IMG/VR virus record: IMGVR_UViG_3300003323_000567
Location: 62,035-126,034 of that record
Length of the DNA stretch: 64,000 bases
Strand: one strand, 5' to 3'
DNA from: a virus
A program made the translations under genes and the position numbers. A model generated the notes under the pieces. That model made no database searches and was not told where the DNA came from. It worked only from the letters and a program-made list of their open reading frames with translations. This document shows positions 46,955 to 57,100 of this stretch, in pieces (position 1 is the first letter of the stretch; each line of letters begins with the position of its first letter).

Positions 46955-49900
46955 ATGGGAGAAATCAGACCAAATAATGCATATCTGGGGCTAAACCTAG
47001 ATTCAATAATAAGCCAGGTAAAGCCAGGACAGGTTACTTATGCTCAAAATGCACAGACTACAGGTATAGAGGGGAATTCGATAATCTATCAAAATGAGCA
47101 GTCTAATGAGCTTTGCATCACTATCCCCGAGGGATTTAGGGTGATCGGTACTCATAATATTGTAGAGAGAGATCTGATTATTCTCTTTCTTGTCAATCCT
47201 AGCACAGGTGATTCTGAGATAGGGAAGGTAGTAGGCTGTACTTACAGTACTATTATAAATGCTAAATGCCTGAACTTCAATTTGAACAATCCTATCCAGA
47301 AAGTTGTTCACAAGATCACAAATTGTAGCCTGGAAATATACTGGGCAGATGGACTTAATAAGATGAGATTCATCGACTTAAGTAACCTTCCCTTTAAAGA
47401 AGTTGTTCAGGGAACAGGATCTAATCCTTGTGATGTTGTAACTACTTCAGAAATAGATTGTAATAAGCTGAATGTGAGACCAAACTTCTCCATTCCAACA
47501 ATCACCTATAGAAGTGTTCAGTCTGAAGGACAGACCATCTCAGGAACATATCAGTTTGCAATTCAATATACCAACTCCCTCGGGGAAGCCTATACATCTT
47601 ATTTTGGAGTATCTGATCCTCTTCCTATCTATAATCCTTTTATAGTCACTCCTAACTTCAACTACCCAGTAGGAAAATCAATAATATTTGATATTGAGAA
47701 TATTGACACTTCTGGAGTATTTGATTTTATCAATGTAGCTGTAATTAAGACTATCAATGATATCTCGTCTGTGGATATTGTTGGAACCTTTCAGATTCAA
47801 GGAAGCAAAAGGACTATCACCTATACAGGACAGTCAAAGAGTGGGGTTACCGGTACAATAGAAGAGATATTTGAGAAGTTCCCTGTATATGATACTGCTG
47901 GAGATGTGACTACTATTCAAGATGTTATTGTATGGGCAGACCTAACTTCCACAGAGAGAATAAGCTACCAAAAAATAGCCAACCAAATTAAGCTTCAATG
48001 GGTTAGCTGGAAACTCCCTCCAACCAAGAACCAATATGCAGACGAGATAAATGCTGCCACCCTTAGGGGGTACATGAGAGATGAGGTCTACGCATTTGAT
48101 ATAGTATTTATCCTTAAAAATGGATATCAAACAGATAGATTTCACATTCCAGGAAGGAAAGCTCTTCCCTCAGACTTAGTGATAGTAGATAACCCTGACT
48201 CAAACTTTGGAACAGATGTATGCAGCACAGAGCCAGGAAAGCCTAGATGGCAGGTCTATAACACAGCAGGCCTTAGTGGAACAGATCCATCATTTGATCC
48301 AAGCGACCCTTGTTACCAGGGCCCTTATCAATTCGGTACTTTTGCCTATTGGGAATCCACAGAGACATATCCTTGCAATGTAGATGTATGGGGAGATCTG
48401 CAGGGTACTCCAATCAGGCACCACAAGTTTCCAGATAGCTCTGTAACCCATCATCACGATGGTAATGGCAATATATTCCCCCTAGGGGTTAGGGTAGATA
48501 TTGGTTCTATCTTAAAGCTCATAAATGATTCTGATCTTACCCAGGAGCAAAAAGATAACATTGCTGCTTACAAGATAATAAGATCCAATAGAGCAGCATC
48601 TAAATCAGTGATAGCCAAAGGGTTATTATACAATGTTGGTAGATATGCCAAGCAAGACAGTGTATATTTCTATCCAAACTACCCTTTCAATGATCTTAGA
48701 GAAGATCCATTTATCCTGAATGCATCTAATAATGATATAGGAGCCCAGATTTTCTCCTCTTTCGATACAATTCAGAGCATAGATGGAACCAATACTCTGA
48801 TGTATAGCGCTCCTATAGTAGCAGATCAATGGAGAAATACTGGAGATCTAGTGACATTTATATATCAAGGATCCTTTGGGGGAACCACTCAAGTACCAAA
48901 GGTGCTTTCCATTAGGTTTGATGGAAATCAGGTATATAGCAGTGGTAATCTGAATGTTGCATCTACTGATCAGTTTAATCTGACTATTGGACTGAAGAGA
49001 AATGGTAATGATAGAATTGACCTGAAGGCTAGATTGCAGGTGTTTGGACAAAACACACTGGACAGAACCACAACTTTCCCTATAACTTCAGTTAATTTTG
49101 GAGCTGCTCACACGGTAGATTTCTATGCACAATCCCTACCTGGGTTTGGGATTCCTCCTGTAAGTCCACAGGATGGAGATGTGACTGCTACAAATGGAGT
49201 TGCAGGATTTAAAGCTGCTCCTGTAAATGGAACAAGTGATCTTCTAAATGGATTCAGCACAGCAGAAAGCCAAAACAGGTTTACTTTCCACTCTCCTGAC
49301 ACCAGTTTCTACCAACCTTTTCTAGGAACCCAGCTGAAGCTTGAGAGTGTGGAATATGGTACCACAAGATCTCACTTTGTACAAGTAGACAAGCATGCAA
49401 GGTACAGATTCCCATCCCTGGAATCCTTCCTAACCGCCCTTGGGGTAGGTATAGCCATTGGGTTTGCATCAGGTACCTATGGTGTATCTACTAACCCATT
49501 CAATGGTTCTGCTGCCTTCACAGCCTTCCAGGTATTCAATGATGTAGTATTCAGGCTTCTTCCAAAGAAGAACATGGCCTATTCATTTAATTCTCTAGGA
49601 AACTATACCACACCTAAAGTGCTTCCTAATGATACTGGAAACAAGATCAGAATGCTTGATATTGCCAGTTATCTAATCAGTGGGATCCAGGGAGTTGGAG
49701 ATACTCATACTGTAAACAACTTCCAAAGGGAGTCATCAGTTTATCTAAGGTCTACAGGCACACTTCCTTTCCCAAGTAGCATTGCAGGGGTTCCGGTAGA
49801 CAATTCAAGGTTTACCCTAGGGCAAGTAGGGTGTGTAGAGAACTTCTATACAAGGCAAATATCATCATATTATGCTTCAATTAAAAACGTAGTACCGGAT

Positions 49901-51883
49901 CAATATGGACAAATATTCTCATATGAGTCCCTGGACACAGCGTTTCAGGTACAGGTTGACCTCACTGCTCAGCTCGCTACTAACACTTTTAGAGACGTAT
50001 TTGGAGGTGACACCTTTATTAATAAATTTGCTTTCAAGAGGAAACTTCCTTTCTTCATAGACAATAGAGTGAATTTTCCAGATGATTCTGACGTATTCTA
50101 TGATGAGCTAGGAAATATAGGTTTCCCAAAGTACTGGTTCTCAACAGATGTGAGGAAAGGAGACGGGGGGGCCTTTAATGTAGGATCTCTATTTGGGGTT
50201 AAGGTAAATAACTTCGATTGTGAGAATTCAGCCTTCTTCTATGATGCAGGTAAGATCTATCTGTTTGCTTATGGGATTGTAAACTTCTTTGTGGAAAGCC
50301 AGATCAATGTGAGCCTGAGACAGGCTTATAATAACAAAGAAGGAGATTACTGGCCACATGTAAGTGGGGATGTACCTGATCAGTGGCTACAAGAGGCTTA
50401 TGTATCAATAGCTTATGATAATACATATACTTATAATGCAACTTTCTCAAAACAGAACAAGGAGAATACCTTCACTACCTTACCTGTAGATTTCGACCCA
50501 ACTCAAAAATGTGTGTTCAGCTTCCCCAATAGGGCTATTTATTCAGAGAGACAGGAGGAAGTAGTATACTATAAGAAAAATAACTGGAGAATATATAGAC
50601 CAGCAGCTTTCTATGATTTTCCACTAACCTATGGAAAGCTGACATCAGTAGATGGGATAGAAACAAGACAACTTCTGGCACGTTTTGAGACTCAATCTCA
50701 ACTCTATAATTCCCTTCTAACAGCCAATTCTACTATAGGAGAAGTATATTTGGGACAACAGATTTTCAATAGGAATGTCCCACCAGTAGACTTCTTCCAG
50801 ACAGATTTGGGATATTCAGGAAGCCAGCACAAGTTCCTCTTAGCAACAGAATTTGGTCATGTTTGGGTAGACGCCCTAAGGGGAGATGTGTTCATGTTGA
50901 CAGGGCAAGGAGTTACTAATATATCAGATGAGGGGTGCAGACTCTTTTTGACAAACAATCTTCCATTCCAGATTCTGGAAGCATTCCCTAACTACCCTGT
51001 TGACAACAACTTTAAAGGAATAGGTTTACATGGAGTCTTTGACAACAAGTATAACAGGATCATCATTACCAAGCTTGATTTCAAGCCTACTGTTAGTGGA
51101 ATTACGTATAATAGCACAACAGATAGTTTCTCCCTGGACGGAGAAGCAATTCAGCTTGGCGACCCAGCGTACTTTTGCGATGTATCCTTTACTATTTCAT
51201 ATTCTCTTATGTCGAAATCATGGATTTCATTCCATAGTTACCTGCCCAATTTCTACATTGGAGGAATCAGTAAGTTCTACACAGGAAGAAGTGATCTTGA
51301 ATCAATATGGCTCCACAATACCGTAGAAAACTCATATAATGGATTCTATGGGCAGACAGAACCCTATATCATAGAAAGTCCCTTTGCTTATAAGTATCAA
51401 GATGAGATATTGCAGTCCGTGAAAGACTACAGCAAAGTGAATCTGATGACCAACACACAGACCTTTGTGCAGACCAATAGGGATTTCTTCAATAAGGCAA
51501 TCATCTATAATGATCAACAGTGTACAGGGATTCTGAATCTGGTTCCAAAGCCTCTGAATAATCTATCATCATATCTGCAATATCCTAAATATAATACAGA
51601 CAGCAGAGATATTCTGTTTGTGAAATCAGATAATTTCTACAACTATAATGGCTTCTGGGACATTGTAAAGGATTACACAGAGCCCATTTGGTTACCTGAT
51701 TGTACTGCTAACACAGAAAATAAAGTTCTGAATACTTCAAATCTGGATTATGCAAGTAGATCCTTTAAGAAATACCCCCTAAGGGCTAAGGATTGCAGGA
51801 TAAGGCATATCTTGGATAATAGGACTGATATAAGAATAACTTCTCAATTCATTGCAACAGAAACTCAAATCTCCTACAAGTAA
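46955..51883 (+). CDS. tail stabilisation (muzzle) protein
   Basis: 1642 aa; GYMRDEVY, IRHHKFPD, GGDTFI, SWISFHSYLP motifs typical of crAss-like Tstab. Confidence 0.75.
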   Translation: MGEIRPNNAYLGLNLDSIISQVKPGQVTYAQNAQTTGIEGNSIIYQNEQSNELCITIPEGFRVIGTHNIVERDLIILFLVNPSTGDSEIGKVVGCTYSTIINAKCLNFNLNNPIQKVVHKITNCSLEIYWADGLNKMRFIDLSNLPFKEVVQGTGSNPCDVVTTSEIDCNKLNVRPNFSIPTITYRSVQSEGQTISGTYQFAIQYTNSLGEAYTSYFGVSDPLPIYNPFIVTPNFNYPVGKSIIFDIENIDTSGVFDFINVAVIKTINDISSVDIVGTFQIQGSKRTITYTGQSKSGVTGTIEEIFEKFPVYDTAGDVTTIQDVIVWADLTSTERISYQKIANQIKLQWVSWKLPPTKNQYADEINAATLRGYMRDEVYAFDIVFILKNGYQTDRFHIPGRKALPSDLVIVDNPDSNFGTDVCSTEPGKPRWQVYNTAGLSGTDPSFDPSDPCYQGPYQFGTFAYWESTETYPCNVDVWGDLQGTPIRHHKFPDSSVTHHHDGNGNIFPLGVRVDIGSILKLINDSDLTQEQKDNIAAYKIIRSNRAASKSVIAKGLLYNVGRYAKQDSVYFYPNYPFNDLREDPFILNASNNDIGAQIFSSFDTIQSIDGTNTLMYSAPIVADQWRNTGDLVTFIYQGSFGGTTQVPKVLSIRFDGNQVYSSGNLNVASTDQFNLTIGLKRNGNDRIDLKARLQVFGQNTLDRTTTFPITSVNFGAAHTVDFYAQSLPGFGIPPVSPQDGDVTATNGVAGFKAAPVNGTSDLLNGFSTAESQNRFTFHSPDTSFYQPFLGTQLKLESVEYGTTRSHFVQVDKHARYRFPSLESFLTALGVGIAIGFASGTYGVSTNPFNGSAAFTAFQVFNDVVFRLLPKKNMAYSFNSLGNYTTPKVLPNDTGNKIRMLDIASYLISGIQGVGDTHTVNNFQRESSVYLRSTGTLPFPSSIAGVPVDNSRFTLGQVGCVENFYTRQISSYYASIKNVVPDQYGQIFSYESLDTAFQVQVDLTAQLATNTFRDVFGGDTFINKFAFKRKLPFFIDNRVNFPDDSDVFYDELGNIGFPKYWFSTDVRKGDGGAFNVGSLFGVKVNNFDCENSAFFYDAGKIYLFAYGIVNFFVESQINVSLRQAYNNKEGDYWPHVSGDVPDQWLQEAYVSIAYDNTYTYNATFSKQNKENTFTTLPVDFDPTQKCVFSFPNRAIYSERQEEVVYYKKNNWRIYRPAAFYDFPLTYGKLTSVDGIETRQLLARFETQSQLYNSLLTANSTIGEVYLGQQIFNRNVPPVDFFQTDLGYSGSQHKFLLATEFGHVWVDALRGDVFMLTGQGVTNISDEGCRLFLTNNLPFQILEAFPNYPVDNNFKGIGLHGVFDNKYNRIIITKLDFKPTVSGITYNSTTDSFSLDGEAIQLGDPAYFCDVSFTISYSLMSKSWISFHSYLPNFYIGGISKFYTGRSDLESIWLHNTVENSYNGFYGQTEPYIIESPFAYKYQDEILQSVKDYSKVNLMTNTQTFVQTNRDFFNKAIIYNDQQCTGILNLVPKPLNNLSSYLQYPKYNTDSRDILFVKSDNFYNYNGFWDIVKDYTEPIWLPDCTANTENKVLNTSNLDYASRSFKKYPLRAKDCRIRHILDNRTDIRITSQFIATETQISYK

Positions 51884-54800
51884 TGGCTAAAAAGATCAAT
51901 AAAAAGAAAGCTCCCAAAGCAAAAGCAGGATATTGGCTGCAGGTAAATCCTGAAAAACTTACGTATGAAAATTTGCCATGTGTAGGTTGCAAAGATAAGC
52001 TGATGGCAGCAGCAGGAATGTATATGGATCCTGGTCCTAAAATACCTGGACTTGCTCAAAGTATATCAGATTATTATGGAGGATATCCAGAATCAGACCT
52101 TTCTCCCTCGAGAGTACAGGGCCCTGTTCCTATTGGAACACCACCAGACACCTCCAAGGTAAAGCCAGGAAAGCCTCTTGGACCAGAAGCTTTGCAATCG
52201 CCTGCTAAAAAACAGGGACAAGGATACAACGCAGGTAATATGGCCTTAGCTGCCATGACTGCTTTTGATGCCATTCTTCCAAATAGAGTATCAAAACAAC
52301 AGGTTGTTCAACCCCAAATGGCATATAACCCCATGCCTTATGGATATGGCTCTCAAGCTCTTATGCAAGATGGAGGCTCTGTTCCAATGCCAAAAACTAC
52401 CCTAAAACCTGAACAAGAAAAGAGTTATCAGGAATGGAGAACAAAGCTTCCAAAGAATCTTCAAAGTGAAGACAACTATAACCTTAGACAGTTATGGCTT
52501 GAGAATCCTGGAATAAAGCCATCTGCTAACATGCACTTTCCAGATAAGTATAAATTACCAAATCATCCTACCTTTTCTAGTGAGAGCATGTATTTCAATC
52601 CAACAAATCAATACATGGCAGGGCGCTGGAATGAGACAGATAGTTCATGGAACTACATACCATACAATAGTCAATTTAAGCAGCCTGTTGTAGAAATGAA
52701 GAAAAACGGAGGATTTGTTCCAAAGGCAGATCAAGGATACTATATGGGAGAAGATGAAAATAACAGTCCGAGTGCTAAAAATGGTAAAACAATGAAGTCA
52801 AAAAAGACTAAAAAATATGATGATGGGGGAGTAGCACCAGCTCTCTTCGGTCTAATGGACACCTTTTACGGAGAACTTGGAAATGCAAAACAAGGACTCC
52901 TAAATGCCTTTACAGGAGGAGCTGGAGGAGGCCTGCCAATTCCTATGGCCCTTGGGGGTACTTTGGAAGATAAGCTTATGGAGGCAAAGGATGGTCACTG
53001 GATCCAGAAGGCAGTGAATCCTGCACACAAGGGATATTGTACTCCTATGACAAAGTCTACATGTACACCTCGTAGGAAAGCTCTTGCTAAGACATTCAAG
53101 AAGATGGCTAGAAATAGAAAGAAAGATGAAGGGGGATTCATACAGCCAGGTTATGATCAGTATAAAGAGGGGGGAATCATTCCTGATAATATGAGCATAT
53201 TTAGCCCTCACGATTATGAGAATGGGGGGAATGTAAATGGAGGAGCAAAGATCAATATGGTTGATGCAAAATACCCTAATACTGATCTAATGGAACAGTG
53301 GTTGCTTTACGAGCAAGGAGGGAATGTTAATGGGGGAGCCAAGCTTAGAGAAGTGGGAGCCACCTACCCAAATGCCGATTTGTTAGAACAATGGCTACTC
53401 TATGCTAATGGTGGAGACTTGAAGCCTAGTGCTGTAAAGGATAGTGATAATAGAATGAGCCTTGGAGGCAAGAAAGTTAAAGTATACAATACTGCTCGGG
53501 AAAGGGACGTAAAATACCGTGATGATGGAAGTGCTCTGGCACCAATGAGTTTAGTAGAATATAATCCTGGCTATAATGCAAACATTCCTGAACCAGGATA
53601 TAATCCGGCAAACTTAAACCCTAAGACAGACTACTCTGTTACGTTCCCCCAGGGGTCGTCTCAGCAGACTTCCTATTTCCCCAACTACTCAGCATGGAAC
53701 TCCTTTGTAAACAATAATTCTAACTTGCTGATCAGCTCACAGGAAAGACCAGGAAGTGGTTCTGCTGCGTTTAAAAACAGGCCAATGGAACAAGGTGGAA
53801 ATGTAAATGGTGGTGCTGATATAAGGGAGGTTGGGGCTAATTATCCTAATACAGACCTCATGGAACAATGGCTTCTGTACAAAGATGGTGGAACTCTGAG
53901 TTCAGATAAAGCTAAGGAAATGCTGAGAGATGGTACAGCTCATGGAAAGAAGCTTACCAAGAAGCAGAAGCAGTACTTTGGTATGGTAGCTGCTGGAAAG
54001 GCTCCTACAGGAACCACTCTCTTTGGAAGTGGGGATCCAAAGCCTGCAAGCCCACAGGTAGATCAATCTCACTTTAGCTTTGGCAACACACCAATTGATA
54101 GAGATGCTCTTTTAGCAGATAGAATTGGTGAAATTATAGGAAATGCCTATGATCCATATAGCAAGGAAGGTAGAGCAGTTTTGAGTCAGATTCAGACAGG
54201 ATGGAATAATCCTCAATTTGCTTCTGATTTAGGAGTCAGAATTAAGTCACTTCAAATGGATCCCACTTTTCAGAAGCTCACGCCAGAACAAAGGATAACC
54301 AGGTTTTATGAAACTGGAGCTACTGGAACAAGTGGGCTAGATGATTTCATAAGAAGAAGCAAGCATATAGGAGGAAACCCTGCTGCATATTGGCAAGGAA
54401 ATTTTGCCAACAAGCAAAGGATGAATAGAGCAATACCTACTGTAACATTTGAACAAGGTGGAGTAATGTATGATGATGGTGGTCAAATAGACACAATGTG
54501 GGGGGGATCTGCAGACCTGGAGAGCTACAATCCTTATGATGGGGGAACTGTGGAGTTCAACGGGGACTCACATGCCCAGGGGGGTATAGGAATGGCCTAT
54601 AATGGAAATCCGGTTGAAGTTGAAGGGGGAGAATATGCCTCAAAAGATGGAGATGGAAATCTCACAATTTATGGTAATATGTTAATACCAGGAACAAAAA
54701 CAAAGTTCAAGAAAGCAGCTAGTGCAATAGCTGATAGAGAAAAAAGGTACGACAGACTGGTTACCAAAGGTTCAGACCTTGTAAATGGAGCTAATCCTGC

Positions 54801-56301
54801 AAGCAAATTTGAGCAGCTCAAATTCAATGCTGGAAAAGTAATGATGCAGGGGGGACAAATGGGAATGGCTGATCTTGCCTCAAAGAAAGAGAAGCTTGCT
54901 TCCCTACAAAGAGCTATGCTTGATATGGCTGAGCAGCATGGTCTTGATCCAAATGCAATGTCACAGGGAAAGATGAAGAAAGCCAAGGGAGGTGCTTCAA
55001 TCCCTTTTTATCAAAATGGAGGGGATCCAGATCAAAATGATCCTACCAGAGCAGATAGAAATATGAATCCTGGTAATATCAAATATGGAACCTTTGCTAA
55101 GAAATATGGAGCCAAAAAAGACAAGGATGGGTTCGCCATATTTCCTTCGAAAGAAGTGGGAGAAAAGGCTATGAGAGATCTTTTTACTGGGGAGAACTAC
55201 AAGAATATGTCAGTTAGTGAGGCTATTAAAAAGTGGACTGGTGGACATCCTTATAGGTATGACTTAGGGCCTCTGACTGACAAAAAGGTGGCAGAACTAG
55301 GACCAGATGAACTGGATATAGTTATGTCAACAATGCAGAAAGGAGAAGGAACAAGATATGGAATTGGTCCTAGACCTCTTCCCGGAACTCCAAAAAATAC
55401 TCCAATTCCAGAGATATCTAACCCAGGACCATTTACTCCCTACACAATACCTGAAATGAGTGTGACTCCAGAGATTCCACAGACCAAACCTGTGAACCCT
55501 GAAGCTCCTTATGACAGGCTAAATGTGCCAAATAGAGGGAAGCTCCCAAGTAATGTGGAGGGCCTGAAGTTCAATCAGATCCTTCCTGAACTGTATGCAA
55601 TGGCAACCAACAAAGTTGAGCCAGTACCTGCACAAAGGTATGAGCCTCAATTATATACACCTTATCAGGTTAGTTTCCAGGATAGACTGAACCAAAATCA
55701 GGCAGCTTTCAACGCTCAAATGAGAGCCCTTGGGCCTTATAACCCTTCAGCAATGGGAACTTTGGCAGCTCAGAAATACCAGGCAGACCAGGCAGTTCTT
55801 GGAGACCAATTCAGAACAAATCAATCAATAGCCAATGATATTACTAACAAGAATATCGCTCTGGTAAATGATGCTAATCTGAAGAACTTAGGTTTAGCTG
55901 ATACTCAAATGGTTAGACAATCTCAGGCAAGATCCAATACCAAGGCTCTCAATCAAACAATTCTCAATAGCTTATCGAGCAAATATGCTCAAAATGATCT
56001 TGAGAATAAGAGACTTGCTGCCTATGAAAATCTGTATGATTACAGATTTGTACCAACAGAGGATGGTGGTCAACAAGCCACTTATTTCGGACCTAATGCA
56101 ATGTTCAACTATAGTGGTAGGAACACTACGGGACAGAAGGCTCAGGATGTCAGAACCATCAGTAGATATGATGCCCAGGGGAACCTAAAGGGATATAATG
56201 AGTACGATGAATCTGACCTAAGGGAGATGCAAAGAATCCTGGATATCCGTAATAAGCAGAACAAGATGGCTCTCACGCCACAGCTCTCTCCACTAAAATA
56301 A
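51883..56301 (+). CDS. large virion cargo polyprotein with GG-motif repeats and lysozyme-like domain
   Basis: Many xxxGG motifs; LPNHPTFS; HAQGGI...VEVEGGE; RNMNPGNI...FAIFPS. Confidence 0.65.
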   Translation: MAKKINKKKAPKAKAGYWLQVNPEKLTYENLPCVGCKDKLMAAAGMYMDPGPKIPGLAQSISDYYGGYPESDLSPSRVQGPVPIGTPPDTSKVKPGKPLGPEALQSPAKKQGQGYNAGNMALAAMTAFDAILPNRVSKQQVVQPQMAYNPMPYGYGSQALMQDGGSVPMPKTTLKPEQEKSYQEWRTKLPKNLQSEDNYNLRQLWLENPGIKPSANMHFPDKYKLPNHPTFSSESMYFNPTNQYMAGRWNETDSSWNYIPYNSQFKQPVVEMKKNGGFVPKADQGYYMGEDENNSPSAKNGKTMKSKKTKKYDDGGVAPALFGLMDTFYGELGNAKQGLLNAFTGGAGGGLPIPMALGGTLEDKLMEAKDGHWIQKAVNPAHKGYCTPMTKSTCTPRRKALAKTFKKMARNRKKDEGGFIQPGYDQYKEGGIIPDNMSIFSPHDYENGGNVNGGAKINMVDAKYPNTDLMEQWLLYEQGGNVNGGAKLREVGATYPNADLLEQWLLYANGGDLKPSAVKDSDNRMSLGGKKVKVYNTARERDVKYRDDGSALAPMSLVEYNPGYNANIPEPGYNPANLNPKTDYSVTFPQGSSQQTSYFPNYSAWNSFVNNNSNLLISSQERPGSGSAAFKNRPMEQGGNVNGGADIREVGANYPNTDLMEQWLLYKDGGTLSSDKAKEMLRDGTAHGKKLTKKQKQYFGMVAAGKAPTGTTLFGSGDPKPASPQVDQSHFSFGNTPIDRDALLADRIGEIIGNAYDPYSKEGRAVLSQIQTGWNNPQFASDLGVRIKSLQMDPTFQKLTPEQRITRFYETGATGTSGLDDFIRRSKHIGGNPAAYWQGNFANKQRMNRAIPTVTFEQGGVMYDDGGQIDTMWGGSADLESYNPYDGGTVEFNGDSHAQGGIGMAYNGNPVEVEGGEYASKDGDGNLTIYGNMLIPGTKTKFKKAASAIADREKRYDRLVTKGSDLVNGANPASKFEQLKFNAGKVMMQGGQMGMADLASKKEKLASLQRAMLDMAEQHGLDPNAMSQGKMKKAKGGASIPFYQNGGDPDQNDPTRADRNMNPGNIKYGTFAKKYGAKKDKDGFAIFPSKEVGEKAMRDLFTGENYKNMSVSEAIKKWTGGHPYRYDLGPLTDKKVAELGPDELDIVMSTMQKGEGTRYGIGPRPLPGTPKNTPIPEISNPGPFTPYTIPEMSVTPEIPQTKPVNPEAPYDRLNVPNRGKLPSNVEGLKFNQILPELYAMATNKVEPVPAQRYEPQLYTPYQVSFQDRLNQNQAAFNAQMRALGPYNPSAMGTLAAQKYQADQAVLGDQFRTNQSIANDITNKNIALVNDANLKNLGLADTQMVRQSQARSNTKALNQTILNSLSSKYAQNDLENKRLAAYENLYDYRFVPTEDGGQQATYFGPNAMFNYSGRNTTGQKAQDVRTISRYDAQGNLKGYNEYDESDLREMQRILDIRNKQNKMALTPQLSPLK

Positions 56302-56365
56302 ACCCATCTGGTTTAACAACTCTGCTAAACCCTTGATTTATAACGAAAAAGGTGTATATTTGCAA

Positions 56366-57100
56366 ATGGCTTGTATTTACAAGATAGTTAATCTCATTAA
56401 TGGTCATCTTTATATAGGATCTACAAGCAGATCCCTAAAGAAGAGAAAGGTAGATCATCTTTATCATCTCAGAAGAAATTCCCACCATTGTGCTCATCTT
56501 CAGAATGCTTGGAACAAATATGGGGAGGAGAGCTTTTCATTTGAAATTGTTGAGGATCTTTTATTCCCAAGTGACAGCTCTAAAGATTATATAAATGAAT
56601 ATCTTATAAATCAAGAAATTTATTATATCACTTCCCTTGAAGCAGAGTACAATACTTGCAGAGAAATAAACAGAGGAAGGCTTGGTAGAGAAAAAAGCCT
56701 TGAAGAGATACAAAAGTGGAGAGATAGTAGAGGAGAAACAAAAGAAGAAACAAGAAGAAGGATAAGAGAAGCCAGATCAAAACAAACTATCACCTCGGAG
56801 CATAAACAAGCCATTTCAAGAGCCCTGAAAGGGAGATGTACAAAACCTGGTGGGTGGAAGCACTCCAGTGAGACGATAGCTAAAATGGTTTCTTCAACTT
56901 TAGCCTCGAAAAAAGCTAATCCAAAGCGCCCTTTTGAGGTATATACATCTGATGGAAAAACTCTTTTGTACCAATTTGACTTACTACCCGAAGCAGAGGT
57001 AGCATTAAATATGGACAGAAGAATAATATGGAGAGTGTTAAATAATAGCAAATCTCATATTACCAGAGGATATTTTTTCAAATATAAAGAGAAAATATAG
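56366..57100 (+). CDS. GIY-YIG homing endonuclease with NUMOD-like repeats
   Basis: CIYKIVN...LYIGS...R...HLQNAWNKYGE...E...YN; start at 56366, 3 nt after TATATTTG. Confidence 0.88.
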   Translation: MACIYKIVNLINGHLYIGSTSRSLKKRKVDHLYHLRRNSHHCAHLQNAWNKYGEESFSFEIVEDLLFPSDSSKDYINEYLINQEIYYITSLEAEYNTCREINRGRLGREKSLEEIQKWRDSRGETKEETRRRIREARSKQTITSEHKQAISRALKGRCTKPGGWKHSSETIAKMVSSTLASKKANPKRPFEVYTSDGKTLLYQFDLLPEAEVALNMDRRIIWRVLNNSKSHITRGYFFKYKEKI

